Shown: in pieces, positions 38,965 to 48,777 of the stretch | Layout of the letters: each line of letters starts with the position of its first letter | How positions within the stretch are numbered: position 1 is the first letter of the stretch | Assembly: GCA_041940405.1 (NCBI GenBank) | Contig: JBGTSH010000002.1 | Coordinates: 14,068-78,067, forward strand | Direction of reading: 5' to 3' | DNA: 64,000 nucleotides | DNA from: Polyangiaceae bacterium | GTDB taxonomy: Bacteria > Myxococcota_A > Polyangia > Polyangiales > Polyangiaceae | Position numbers and translations under genes: made by a program | Notes under the pieces: model-generated | What the model saw: only the letters and a program-made list of their open reading frames with translations | Databases searched by the model: none | Told to the model about the DNA's origin: nothing

Positions 38965-39903
38965 TCAGCGGACCCTGTCGACCCAGACCGTGGGCCGCAC
39001 GAAAGCGCGCGCGTACGAGCCGGGCGCGATACCGAAATGGCGTTTGAAGTCGCGGCTGAAGTGCGAAGGGCTCGCGTAGCCAACGCGCGAGGCCACGTCG
39101 GATGCCCCGGAGCCGTCGGTGAGCAGCATCTCTCGCGCGCGCTCCAACCGGACGTGCCGCAGGTACTGGATGGGTGAGGTGCTCGCCACGGCGCGGAAGC
39201 GGTGGGCAAAGTGACTCGGGCTCATCGCCACGCTCCGGGCGATGGACTCTACGGTGAGCCCTTTGACGGCGTTCGCCTCGATGAACGCCATCGCTTGACG
39301 GATGCGGGTCCGGTCGGAGCCGCTGCCGACGCAGCGGCGCATGAACGACGCGGCGTCGGAGCAGAGCAGACGAAACATGATCTCGCGGAGGATGAGCGGA
39401 GCGAGGACGCGGCGCTCTCGAGGGTGGTCGAGCGTGTCCACGAGCCGCGTGAGCGCGTCGATGAGCGCGTCGTCGAGCACGGACAAGAAGGCTGGAGGAC
39501 CGTCTTCGGGCTCGCCCTGGAGCGACGGCTCGACATCTGCGAGGTCCAGGAGCATCCCCGCGATGAGCTCGGGCGGCAGCTGCAGACCGATCGAGAGATA
39601 GGGCCGCTCGGGCGACGCCTTTTCGACCATCGCGGCGTACGCAACGTCGCCGCGCACGACGAAGTACTTGAGGCGATCGTAGACGAGGTCGTGATCGCCG
39701 ATGCGGACGCGCTTCGTGCCTTGGAGCGCGACCCCGAGGTTCATCGTGGTCGACCGCGTCGTCACCTTCGCGGTCGGCCCCTCGTATCGATAGAACCAGA
39801 GCCCCGGAAGGGCGGAAGCCGTCCGCCCCTCCGAGGTTACGCGGCGCGCGACGCGCTCGATGAGCTCGTGCGCGCGGCCCGGGACGGTGCCGTCCTGGGC
39901 CAT
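38965..39903 (-). CDS. AraC-family transcriptional regulator (AraC_N-type sensor domain plus C-terminal HTH)
   Basis: C-terminal HTH: SPSHFAHRFRAV..SPIQYLRHVRLERAREML..VGYASPSHFSRDFKRHFG. The start was trimmed to ATG 39903. Confidence 0.88.
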   Translation of the reverse strand: MAQDGTVPGRAHELIERVARRVTSEGRTASALPGLWFYRYEGPTAKVTTRSTTMNLGVALQGTKRVRIGDHDLVYDRLKYFVVRGDVAYAAMVEKASPERPYLSIGLQLPPELIAGMLLDLADVEPSLQGEPEDGPPAFLSVLDDALIDALTRLVDTLDHPRERRVLAPLILREIMFRLLCSDAASFMRRCVGSGSDRTRIRQAMAFIEANAVKGLTVESIARSVAMSPSHFAHRFRAVASTSPIQYLRHVRLERAREMLLTDGSGASDVASRVGYASPSHFSRDFKRHFGIAPGSYARAFVRPTVWVDRVR

Positions 39904-39907
39904 GCGG

Positions 39908-40531
39908 TCAGCGCGCGAGCTCCTCGAGCTCGGCCCGGCGCTTGATGACCCGGCCGACGAGGCCATAGTCGGCTGCCTCGGTCGCGGTGAGCCAGAAGTC
40001 GCGATCGCTGTCCTTGGTCACCTGCTCGATGGGCTTGCCCGTCGCCTCGTGGACGATCTGGTTGTACCGAGCGCGCAGCTTGAGGATCTCACGCGCGGTG
40101 ATGTCGATGTCAGTCGCTTGCCCGCGCATCGCCGTCGACGGCTGGTGGAGCAAAAAGCGCGAGTTCGGCAGCGAGACCCGGCGCTCCTTCGGCGTGCCGA
40201 GATAGATGGTGACCGCCGCGGACGCGACGACGCCGTTCGCGACCGTCAGGATCGGACACGGCGAGAACCGTAGGAGATCGAAGATCGCGAAGCCGGAGTC
40301 CGCCGAGCCCCCGGGCGAGTTGATGTAGACCGTGATCGGCGCCTTGGGATCGCGGCGCTCGAGGATGGTCATCATCGTCGCGACGTGGCGGTAGAGCGAG
40401 TCGCTTACCTCTTCTGCGAGGATGAGCGCGCGCGCGTCGATGAGCTTGTTGGTCAGGCGGTCGCTCTCCGACCCCTTGTCCTTGCTCTTTTCCTCGTCAT
40501 CACCGTCATAGCGCCACATGAGATCCTCCAC
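39908..40531 (-). CDS. clpP: ClpP-family serine protease paralog with an acidic N-terminal extension
   Basis: YINSPGGS, GVVASAA (Ser), LLHQP (His) and DSDRDFWLTATEAADYGL (Asp) align with the ClpP triad regions. The stop lies 4 nt from the AraC start. Confidence 0.85.
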   Translation of the reverse strand: MEDLMWRYDGDDEEKSKDKGSESDRLTNKLIDARALILAEEVSDSLYRHVATMMTILERRDPKAPITVYINSPGGSADSGFAIFDLLRFSPCPILTVANGVVASAAVTIYLGTPKERRVSLPNSRFLLHQPSTAMRGQATDIDITAREILKLRARYNQIVHEATGKPIEQVTKDSDRDFWLTATEAADYGLVGRVIKRRAELEELAR

Positions 40532-40648
40532 GCGTGGGAGCAGAACGGTAGCAGGATGGCCGGCGTGGGCAACGGCGTCGTCGGGCTCCGTACCTCGGAT
40601 GGGAGACGGATGGATGGCGGATCAGCGAGCTTGCCACATACCTCGTCG

Positions 40649-41272
40649 ATGACCTGGCGGAGCCTCCTCGTGTGGCCTTTTGCGGCGCTCGCCGTCGCAT
40701 GCGCCGCCACCGAGGTGCCGGCAGATCAGACAGTGACGGTGTGCAAAGCCGATGAGGACGCACCGGACCTCCTCACCGCGCGGACGGTACCCGCCTACAT
40801 GCTCGAAGAAGGGCTCGCCACCGATCCGAACGCAAGGATGCCGATCGAGTGCCCGCCCAACACGCGCGAGTCCGGCGGGCGATGCTTTTCGACTTGGATC
40901 GAGTGTCCCCACGGGTCACGGCGAGAATTCGAGGGCGGAAAGTGCGTTGCCGACGTTGCGTGCCCTCCGGGCACCGACTGGTCAGGCTTCACCTGCGCGC
41001 CGATCGTCGACGAGACACGGTCGACGGTGCTGCCCCCCGAGAAGCTCGTGCCGAAGACTCCGACGACCGGGCCGACGTGCACCCTCCTCGTCAACTCGAT
41101 CCCTGCCTCGAGCACGGTCATCGACGGGCGTCCCCTCGGGAGGACTCCGTCCCGCGTGGTGGTTTCGCCCGGCGCGCATACGGTCACGTTCATCCACGAA
41201 GGCCGCAGAAAGAGCGTCTCGGTTCGCTGCGCCGCCGGCGAGCACAAGACCGCGGCGGTGAAGTTCGACTAA
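40649..41272 (+). CDS. PEGA-domain lipoprotein with a Cys-rich middle region
   Basis: Lipobox LAVAC and C-terminal LLVNSIPASSTVIDGRPLGRTPSRVVVSPGAHTVTF. Only the 3' part of track ORF 40385..41272 looks real. Confidence 0.75.
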   Translation: MTWRSLLVWPFAALAVACAATEVPADQTVTVCKADEDAPDLLTARTVPAYMLEEGLATDPNARMPIECPPNTRESGGRCFSTWIECPHGSRREFEGGKCVADVACPPGTDWSGFTCAPIVDETRSTVLPPEKLVPKTPTTGPTCTLLVNSIPASSTVIDGRPLGRTPSRVVVSPGAHTVTFIHEGRRKSVSVRCAAGEHKTAAVKFD

Positions 41273-41313
41273 TTGTCCGAAGCCCTGCGCGTGGGGCCCC
41301 AACCCCACTTGCT

Positions 41314-43710
41314 TCAGCGCTTCGCGGGGGCCAAGAGGCGAAGTCCCGCCGGAACGAGCACGAGCGCGATGACCAAGGTGATCGCATTGCCGAGCGCTCC
41401 GACGTAGCCGAGGTGGCGCAGCCCTTCGTACCCACAGAGCGCGAGCGCCACGAAGCCCGCCGATGTCGTGAGGGCGGTCGTCACCACCGGCTTGCCCTGG
41501 CTCACGAGGGCTTCTTCGACCGCGTCGCCGCCCTTTGCCTCTCGCGCGCGATGCAAGAGGAACATCGCCTCGTCCACCGAGATCCCGAGCAGGACAGGCA
41601 CCACCAGCGCCGAGTAGATGTGGAGCGGAATCCCGATCTGGGCCGCGATCGCGAGGAGCGCGCCGATGCCGGTGACCAGGACAAGCGCGGCGATCGCCAC
41701 CTCGCGCGCACGGCGGAGGCTGATCGCGAGCAGCGCAACGACCAGTGCGCCCGCAACGAGGCCGATGCGCGGGAGGTCGCGTGCCAACGCTTCTTTGAGA
41801 TCCGTCTCGAGCCGGGCGTAACCTGTCACCGACGCTGCGGGATCGAGATCACCGACGAGCGTCTTGAAGGTGGCCGGCGCCGTGCCCTCCCGAAGGTGCA
41901 CGTGCAGCGCCGCGAGGTGCTCGCCGCCATCCTCGGCGAGGTACCGCGCCCCGAGAACGCCGAGGTCGCCCGCCAGGAGGTCGGCGGGCGACGCGATCTC
42001 GTTTGGCGGTGCGCGCATCGCGTCGAGCACCGCCGTGAAGCGCGCTGGCCGAAAGCCCGTGTCGACGAACGCCCGTTCGAGCTCGACGGCCTTGGCGGGA
42101 AGATCGAGCGCGTCGCGCTCCGCGAGCCGCGCGCGCTGGGTCGATTCGGAAGGAACGACCGACACGAGGGCGTCCACGCGCTCGACGACGTCTGTCTTCG
42201 TCGCGAGCGTCTCGGCGAGCACGTCTGCGCGCCGCATCGCGTCGGACTGGCTCGCGTCGGCGACCATCACGATCCACGGCTGCGGCCGACCGCCGAAGAC
42301 CTCGAAGATCCGCTTCTCGACGTCGAGCGCGTCGAGCTTGCTCGGGCGCACCGCGACCAGCGAGTCCGATACGTGGACGCCGCTCACGAAGACCGACGCA
42401 CCGAGGAGCACCGAGACGCCGACAGCGATCGCTGCGCGACCGCGCGTCGCCGTCAGACGGGCGATCCAACGGAACACCCGGTGCTGCGGCTCGGCCGGAG
42501 GGTCGCTGCGTTCGAGCCACGCGCCGAGGCTGGGCGTCACCGCGACGATCGCGAGCGCCGTCAGGATCTCGCCGGCCGCGCAGAGCAAGCCGAGCTGCTG
42601 CAATGCTTCGACGCTCGAGAGCGCCATGCTCGCGAACGCCACGGCGGCGATGGTCGCCGCGACGAGAACGGGTCGCGCGGCCTTCGCGCGAGCAGCCCGC
42701 GCGGCGTCCGCAGGCGAGAGCCCTTCTCGCCGCGCTTCGAGGAGCGCGGCGTACACGTGCACGCCGGTGTCGAACCCGACGCCCACGACGACGGACGTGA
42801 AGGCCACCGCGATCGCGCTGATGCCTCCGGGCCAGAACGCGGCGAGCGCAGCGGTCCACAAGGTGCCGAGCGCCAGCGGCGGCAGGATCGCGACGAGCGC
42901 GCGGAGGCGCCGGAAGACGATCGCGAAGGCGATGCTGGCGAAGACGCCCGACAGGATGCCGCTCGTCTCGAGGTCCTTGCGGAGCAGCGCCTCCATCTGC
43001 GCTGCGACGATGTGTGGGCCGGTCGCGCGGATCGAGACTTTGTCGTGCGCCTTTCGAATCGGACCGAGCGTCGTCTCGAGCGTCTTTTCGAAGGCGCGCG
43101 CCTCGGTGCCGCGCAACGCTTGCCCCTTCGGCTTGACGACGACCAGATGGCTCGTGCCGTCTTCGTTGGCGAAGAAGCCGTCGGTACGCGTGCGGACGCC
43201 CGAGCTGACGGCGCGTTCGCCGCCGAGGACGAGCTCGCCGAGGCGCAGGGGATCCTTCGCGAACGCTTCGGTCGCGCCGCCCGATCCCGGCGCTTGGAGG
43301 AGCGCGCGCGTCTCTGTCAGCCGCTCGCGCATCCCCTCGGGCGTGAGCGCGGCGGCGAGGCGTTCGCGGGCGCGCGCGTCGGCGATCCGCCAGATGAGGA
43401 GCGGCTCGGGCGCCTTGCCCGCCTCGAGCTTCGCGGAGGCGAACGCGATCGATGGATCGTTTCGGAGAGCTTCCGCCGCCTTCAGCGCGACCTCGGCGTT
43501 CTCTTCGGGGTCGGGGCCTTCGACGAGCAGGACGCTGACGCCACCGCCGCCGAAGCCGCGGATGTACCGGCCGAGCGCCGCCGCGTCACCGCGCGAAGGA
43601 AGGAGCGCGACGACGTCGGGGTTGAGCCGAACGCGCGTCGCGATGAAGAGGCCTGCGATCGCGGTGACCGCCACGACCACGAGAGCGATCACACGCTCGC
43701 GGAGCGCCAC
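41314..43710 (-). CDS. MMPL/RND-superfamily membrane transporter
   Basis: 798 aa with two blocks of about 6 TM segments separated by soluble loops. The N-terminus RVRLNPDVVALLP is typical of MMPL exporters. Confidence 0.85.
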   Translation of the reverse strand: MALRERVIALVVVAVTAIAGLFIATRVRLNPDVVALLPSRGDAAALGRYIRGFGGGGVSVLLVEGPDPEENAEVALKAAEALRNDPSIAFASAKLEAGKAPEPLLIWRIADARARERLAAALTPEGMRERLTETRALLQAPGSGGATEAFAKDPLRLGELVLGGERAVSSGVRTRTDGFFANEDGTSHLVVVKPKGQALRGTEARAFEKTLETTLGPIRKAHDKVSIRATGPHIVAAQMEALLRKDLETSGILSGVFASIAFAIVFRRLRALVAILPPLALGTLWTAALAAFWPGGISAIAVAFTSVVVGVGFDTGVHVYAALLEARREGLSPADAARAARAKAARPVLVAATIAAVAFASMALSSVEALQQLGLLCAAGEILTALAIVAVTPSLGAWLERSDPPAEPQHRVFRWIARLTATRGRAAIAVGVSVLLGASVFVSGVHVSDSLVAVRPSKLDALDVEKRIFEVFGGRPQPWIVMVADASQSDAMRRADVLAETLATKTDVVERVDALVSVVPSESTQRARLAERDALDLPAKAVELERAFVDTGFRPARFTAVLDAMRAPPNEIASPADLLAGDLGVLGARYLAEDGGEHLAALHVHLREGTAPATFKTLVGDLDPAASVTGYARLETDLKEALARDLPRIGLVAGALVVALLAISLRRAREVAIAALVLVTGIGALLAIAAQIGIPLHIYSALVVPVLLGISVDEAMFLLHRAREAKGGDAVEEALVSQGKPVVTTALTTSAGFVALALCGYEGLRHLGYVGALGNAITLVIALVLVPAGLRLLAPAKR

Positions 43711-43730
43711 GCTCGAGGACGAGCCGGTCC

Positions 43731-44012
43731 TCAGTGCCAGGCTGCGGCCTGTCGAACGGGCTTGCCCGTCCGGTCGTGCTCGTCGAGCAGCGCCTGCGAC
43801 GCGTCACGGCACGCGACACACGACGGGAACTGGCTGTGGTGCTCGCAGGAGAGCCACATCGCCGTCGCCGGCTCGTCGAACATCTCGGCGTCGAGGTGCT
43901 TGCCGCAGCCGACGCAGTGGATGTGCCGGTGCTGGTGACCCTGCGGCTGCTGGGGGCGCGGGCCGGCGATCGCTTTACGTTCTTTCTTGGTGAGCCGCGG
44001 AGCGCGCTTCAT
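43731..44012 (-). CDS. small Cys-rich (zinc-ribbon-like) protein, 93 aa
   Basis: CVGCGKH...CEHH..CVACRD, with a basic N-terminus. The start was trimmed to ATG 44012. It lies 20 nt upstream of the MMPL gene. Confidence 0.55.
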   Translation of the reverse strand: MKRAPRLTKKERKAIAGPRPQQPQGHQHRHIHCVGCGKHLDAEMFDEPATAMWLSCEHHSQFPSCVACRDASQALLDEHDRTGKPVRQAAAWH

Positions 44013-44046
44013 GTCCGCCCCGTATAGCAACGGGAGCGGCGGGGCC

Positions 44047-45675
44047 TCAAGGGCTGGAGCTACTTGCGACGCTCGTGGGCGCATCGTCCATCTTGGAGAC
44101 GATGACGTCCTTGGGGCGGGCTCGGAAGAGGAGGCTCCGCTTGGGCGCCTCGGCCATGATCCCCTCCCAGGTGCGCCGCCGCGGGTTCTTCATCTGATCC
44201 GCGAGGCCCGCGGGAAACCCGGTGAGCGGATCGAGCTCCTCGAGGAGGATCGCGTGCTGGTGGACGCGCTCGTCACGCTTGAGGCCGTGGATCGCGAGCA
44301 CGTCCCCGGCGCGGAGCTCGCTCGCGTGCGCCGTCAAGAAGGCGAAGAACTCGTCGCGCTTCGCGAACGGGATGCGCTCTTTGCCCTCGAACTTTCGAAA
44401 CTCGAAGAGGTCGGGGTTCTCCTCGGCGAACTTCCCGAAGCCGAGCACGCCGCGGCGATTCTCTGCCTCCCAGGAGGAGACATCGAGGCGGCCGGCGATC
44501 TTGCGCGGCTTCTCGCCGCGTGGAGCAAACCACGAGCCCGACGCGCGCTCCCAAGTCTCGAGGACGAAGTCGACGCAGACCATGGGCGGGTGCGGGCGGC
44601 CGTCGGGCAAGAACACCTGGTAGGTCTTCTCATCGACCTCGAACGCTTGGCGCCCCGAGAGGTACGCGCTCATCCAGTACGGCCGGAGGGTGCCGTCCTT
44701 GTCGGGCCCCGTCTCTTCGCGCGGGCGGTCGAAGGGCAGCGCGTCGTCGACGTGCGCCGACACCGCGGCCCGCATGTTCCTCTCCGCTCGGCGCCGCCAC
44801 GCCGTCTCGGCGAGGTGGGTCTCGACCTGATCGCGTACGGCCTTCGGCTCCATCAGGCAGGAGAGCTCGAGCTTCGCCCCCTTGCTCTGGATCACCGCGC
44901 GCGTCGTGATGTCGCCCCAGCGCACCCGAGCGAGGATCCCTTCTTCGCCGAGGCGCACGATCTCCATCCGGTCGAAGCCGCTCTGCCGCGTGAGCGACAT
45001 GATGTCGCGGTGGATCGGCGGGCCCAGGGTCTCGCCCTCGACGCGGACGCGATCCAAAAAGAGGATCTTGGCGGCCTTTCCTTTGCTGGGACCGTCGGCG
45101 AAGAGGTACTCGGGGTTCTTGCCGCTCTTGCGCTCGAGGAGGAAGCTCTCCTGTCCACGATCGAGCACGATGCGCGGCTCATCAAACAGATCTGTCAGCT
45201 TTACGCGCGCCTCGAGCTCGAAGGCGTCCTCGGCGTCGTCGGCGAAGAGGTAGCCCTCGCGGAGCACGACCGAGCGCAAGAGCGGCTTGTCGTACTTGGT
45301 CTGTGCGACGAAGCGCGAGACCCGGTAGCCCTTTGCGCCTGCCAAGAGGCGCTGTCGCGCCTGTTGGGCTTTGTCGCCGTCGTCGGCTCGAGGAGGACGG
45401 ACGAGCAGGCTCATGGCCCCTCGGACCCTGCCGAGGAAGGCGGCGCGGTCCTCACGGAGCTGGCGCGTGCCCGGAGCTTCGGGCGCGGCTTCGATCTTCT
45501 TCCACGCCGCTTCGCAGGACGAGAGCTCGTCGTCACGGGCTTCTGCCTCGGCGGAGTCGTTCTTCGCCCGAGCGGTGTCCGACGCGGTTCCCGGCGCCCG
45601 CTGTGACGCCTCTCCGCAGCCCCAAACGGGGGCCAGGAGGGCCAAAAAGGCAAGCCTGCGAGCAAACCGGACCAT
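44047..45675 (-). CDS. hypothetical lipoprotein (542 aa)
   Basis: Signal peptide plus lipobox (LALLAPVWGC) and protein-like composition. Only the 3' 543 codons of track ORF 44047..46056 look real. Confidence 0.7.
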   Translation of the reverse strand: MVRFARRLAFLALLAPVWGCGEASQRAPGTASDTARAKNDSAEAEARDDELSSCEAAWKKIEAAPEAPGTRQLREDRAAFLGRVRGAMSLLVRPPRADDGDKAQQARQRLLAGAKGYRVSRFVAQTKYDKPLLRSVVLREGYLFADDAEDAFELEARVKLTDLFDEPRIVLDRGQESFLLERKSGKNPEYLFADGPSKGKAAKILFLDRVRVEGETLGPPIHRDIMSLTRQSGFDRMEIVRLGEEGILARVRWGDITTRAVIQSKGAKLELSCLMEPKAVRDQVETHLAETAWRRRAERNMRAAVSAHVDDALPFDRPREETGPDKDGTLRPYWMSAYLSGRQAFEVDEKTYQVFLPDGRPHPPMVCVDFVLETWERASGSWFAPRGEKPRKIAGRLDVSSWEAENRRGVLGFGKFAEENPDLFEFRKFEGKERIPFAKRDEFFAFLTAHASELRAGDVLAIHGLKRDERVHQHAILLEELDPLTGFPAGLADQMKNPRRRTWEGIMAEAPKRSLLFRARPKDVIVSKMDDAPTSVASSSSP

Positions 45676-45754
45676 GGTCGAAATACGTCGGCCTCGGCCT
45701 TGAGTATTCCACGCGCTCTTGCGGAGATCGCGCGCTCGGCGGGACAATTCTCGG

Positions 45755-46504
45755 ATGCTCCGCCCCTTAGGCCTCCTTTTCGGCTCCCTGGTCCTCGCCG
45801 CCGCGGGGTGCGACTCCAACGTCGACGTGAGCACCGGGGGAGGGGGCTCGGGCGGTGCCGTGCCCACCAGCGGCGGACCGAGCACGACCGGCACCAAGTC
45901 GACCGGGTCCCCATCCACCGGGACGGAGGCTACGGGCTCGATGTCTACCGGCGGGACGACGACGGCCTCGATGAGCACGGGCGGCCCGGCCACCACAGGT
46001 TCGATGACGACGGGTGTCTCGTCATCGAGCGGCGGGATGGTCTGTGCGTCGAACACGCCCTGTCAGGAGTGCGTGTCGATGGCGTGCCCCGACTACTGGT
46101 GCAACTGCGTCGGCAATCCCGACTGCTCCGCCCTCTTTCAGTGCTTCCAGGGATGCTCCATGGATCCGGACTGCTCGCAGGGCTGCCTCCAGCAGTTTCC
46201 GAACGGCATCTCGGACGCCGTCTTGATCACCGACTGCGCGGCCGATCCTTGCGGGGATTTCTGTCCCAACGCCGGCGATCCGATCAGCGAGTGCGAGGAA
46301 TGCCTGTACAACGGGTGCACCGCCGAGATGAACGCGTGCGTGTCGCAGCCGGACTGCACCGGCCTCTGGCAGTGCATCGGCAACTGCCCGCAGTTCGATC
46401 TGACATGCCAACAGGACTGTTATGCTTCGTTCCCGACCGGCGCCGAGCCGCTCGAAGACCTGTTCGCCTGCGGCGAGCCGGCGTGCGGCGACGTTTGTAA
46501 CTAG
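45755..46504 (+). CDS. Cys-rich lipoprotein with an internally duplicated ~70-aa Cys-rich module
   Basis: Lipobox LAAAGC and an S/T/G linker, followed by two modules sharing spaced Cys and PDC/QC/FP/CGD landmarks. Confidence 0.75.
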   Translation: MLRPLGLLFGSLVLAAAGCDSNVDVSTGGGGSGGAVPTSGGPSTTGTKSTGSPSTGTEATGSMSTGGTTTASMSTGGPATTGSMTTGVSSSSGGMVCASNTPCQECVSMACPDYWCNCVGNPDCSALFQCFQGCSMDPDCSQGCLQQFPNGISDAVLITDCAADPCGDFCPNAGDPISECEECLYNGCTAEMNACVSQPDCTGLWQCIGNCPQFDLTCQQDCYASFPTGAEPLEDLFACGEPACGDVCN

Positions 46505-46537
46505 ACGGCGAACGGGCGTGCGCGAGCCCTCGCGTTC

Positions 46538-46954
46538 CTACTTCGAAAACACCATCCGCACTGCCCGACCGTCTTCGCCCCACGGGGTGACGTTGGTCAT
46601 TTGCAGGACGAGCTCGCCGGTCGGACGCAAACCGACGACCATCCTCCAACCCCATGCCGGGCCACCGCCCATGGCGTAACTTCCGATCAGGCCTACGAGC
46701 GCTCCCGGCACCGACCAGTTGTCGAACTTCATGCCTTCGGACGCATGGAAGGTGTCCTGGAAATCGGCCCCGTCATCCCGAAGCCTGATCGTGCCCTCGT
46801 GCGGCTTGCCGTCGTGGCTCCACGTGTAGCGGAGCGCCCGCTCTTCGATCGTCAGGGTGCAGTCGCACACGCTCGCTTCGTTGCCGAGCGGGTCCATCCA
46901 AAGCTCACCCTTGCCCGTCCAACGCGTGCCCCTGAGATCCGCCAACGTCTGCAT
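46538..46954 (-). CDS. hypothetical small soluble protein (138 aa; possibly DUF1579-like)
   Basis: Protein-like, with RBS GGAGGA before ATG 46954. The family assignment is tentative. Confidence 0.55.
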   Translation of the reverse strand: MQTLADLRGTRWTGKGELWMDPLGNEASVCDCTLTIEERALRYTWSHDGKPHEGTIRLRDDGADFQDTFHASEGMKFDNWSVPGALVGLIGSYAMGGGPAWGWRMVVGLRPTGELVLQMTNVTPWGEDGRAVRMVFSK

Positions 46955-47046
46955 GTCGTCCTCCGGCGAAACTGATCCCACGAGGCTCGCCGCGCGTCAC
47001 CGGTCACCACGCGACATCTGGACGCGGAGCCGTGCGTCCACTCGAG

Positions 47047-48777
47047 TTAAGGAGCTTCGACGCTCGCGACGACGCCCACGGTTCGGCCCTTGAAGATCGG
47101 GTCCTCGGCCTGCGACTCGAAGTAGACGCGCTTTCCGTCCGCCGACCAGAGCGGGTGGCGCTCGTAAAACTCGTTTTCGGTGAGCCGTGTCTCTTTGCCG
47201 TCCGGAAGCGTAGCGACGTAGATGTCGCTGTTCCGGGTGTACGCGACCTTGGTCCCGTCCGGAGAGATGACCGGCGAGATGCCCACGATCGTCGTCTCGG
47301 TTCGCTCGCCCGAGGCGGCGTCGAAGACGACGGCGCGGTACGTCGCGCCGCTGCACGCGAGGAGGATCTTCTTGCCGTCCGCGCTGCTGCTCGGGCCGCC
47401 GCAGCGCTCGCCTTCGAGGGATGCGAGCTTGGTGTCGGTCGCGGGCCGAGACGAGATGTCGACGACGCGGAGCTCGTCGCCGCTCAGCGAGCCGACCTCG
47501 GTCACGCCGGGCCGCACGACGTAGACCGCCTTCGTGGGCTCGATCCAGGCGTAGCCGCCGTAGCCTTCGTCGGCTTCGCCGGCGTGATCTCGCCGGAACA
47601 GCGTGGTGCCGTCGGTGAGCGAGAAGACCGCGAAGTCGCGCCCGCATCCGTAGCAGAGCCGAACGTACATCGCGGCAGCGCCGCCGCCCGGAGCGATCTC
47701 GGGGTTGTCGAACCGGGCCTGCTCGTGGGTCATCACGCGGCGCGGGGTCCCCGACGAATCGACGACGGTCAGCGTCTTGGCTCGACCGAACAGATCCTCG
47801 ACGAAGAGGACGGCGCTCCCATCCGGGGCGGCCGCGGGATAGCCGAGGACGTGGTAACCGGACCAGAGGACCTTGTCGTCGGCTCCTTCGGAACGCCACG
47901 CGACCGTCTCGAGGTCGTTGATGTAGAGGAGCTCGGATCGTTTCGGGTGGAAGAAGGCGCGCTTGCCCTGGGTGTTGATGAGCGCGCCCGAGGGACCGGT
48001 CCCGGCGAGGAAGTCGAGGCCGCGAAAGTCGCCGTGGTAGGCGATCGGACGGGGGCCTTTGTGGTCGCGGCGCGTCTCTTTGATCGTGTCGTAGCCGACG
48101 TTCGCCGCGTCGAGCTGGGCGGCGCGCGTCTCGAGGAAGCGCTTGGCGGCGTCCAGTCTGACGAGCGCGGTCATGTCGCCGCGCTCGAGCTTCTCTTTTA
48201 CGAGCGGGTGGCCTGTAATCCGTGGGACCGACGCATCGAAGGCTCGGCTCGCGATCGAGTCGCCGAGGATCTTCATTGCGTCCTTCTTCGTCGGTCCGCC
48301 CGCCCAGGCGGTGAACGTGTCCTTCTCGGGCGGGGTGTCGCTGCCGATGAGGGTCACCTCGAGCGTCACCTTGGCGCGCACCTCGACGAAGCCACCCTCG
48401 ACCGGGTGCTCGATCACCTCGGGATCGACCGTCCCCGAGATCACGAACCCGGCTCGCAGATCGGACGCGGCGTCGGAGAGCGACTTGCTGCCCTTCAGGA
48501 CCTTGATCGCCTCTTTGTCGTCGGTCTTGACGACCTCGAAGCCGATCTTGTCGAGCCCTCCGGCGATCTCTTCCGTGATCGCTTCGGACGTGTCGCCGTC
48601 CTTGTACCAAGGGCCGTCGGCGTCGATCGCCACGAGGACCTTGAACGGGTCAGGGCGCGTCGAGAACCAATACAGCGCGAAGGCTCCGCCACCGACGAGG
48701 AGCAAGAAAGCGATCAGGATGGGCAGGCCCGACCTGCGCTTGGGTAGCGCGGGCAGGCTCTCGGGCTCTTCGGTCAT
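47047..48777 (-). CDS. membrane-anchored protein with a TolB-like/PD40 beta-propeller C-terminal region
   Basis: N-terminal TM (LPILIAFLLLVGGGAFALYWF). C-terminal SPDG..VAY/..LWSADGKRVYF PD40-type repeats. Confidence 0.75.
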   Translation of the reverse strand: MTEEPESLPALPKRRSGLPILIAFLLLVGGGAFALYWFSTRPDPFKVLVAIDADGPWYKDGDTSEAITEEIAGGLDKIGFEVVKTDDKEAIKVLKGSKSLSDAASDLRAGFVISGTVDPEVIEHPVEGGFVEVRAKVTLEVTLIGSDTPPEKDTFTAWAGGPTKKDAMKILGDSIASRAFDASVPRITGHPLVKEKLERGDMTALVRLDAAKRFLETRAAQLDAANVGYDTIKETRRDHKGPRPIAYHGDFRGLDFLAGTGPSGALINTQGKRAFFHPKRSELLYINDLETVAWRSEGADDKVLWSGYHVLGYPAAAPDGSAVLFVEDLFGRAKTLTVVDSSGTPRRVMTHEQARFDNPEIAPGGGAAAMYVRLCYGCGRDFAVFSLTDGTTLFRRDHAGEADEGYGGYAWIEPTKAVYVVRPGVTEVGSLSGDELRVVDISSRPATDTKLASLEGERCGGPSSSADGKKILLACSGATYRAVVFDAASGERTETTIVGISPVISPDGTKVAYTRNSDIYVATLPDGKETRLTENEFYERHPLWSADGKRVYFESQAEDPIFKGRTVGVVASVEAP

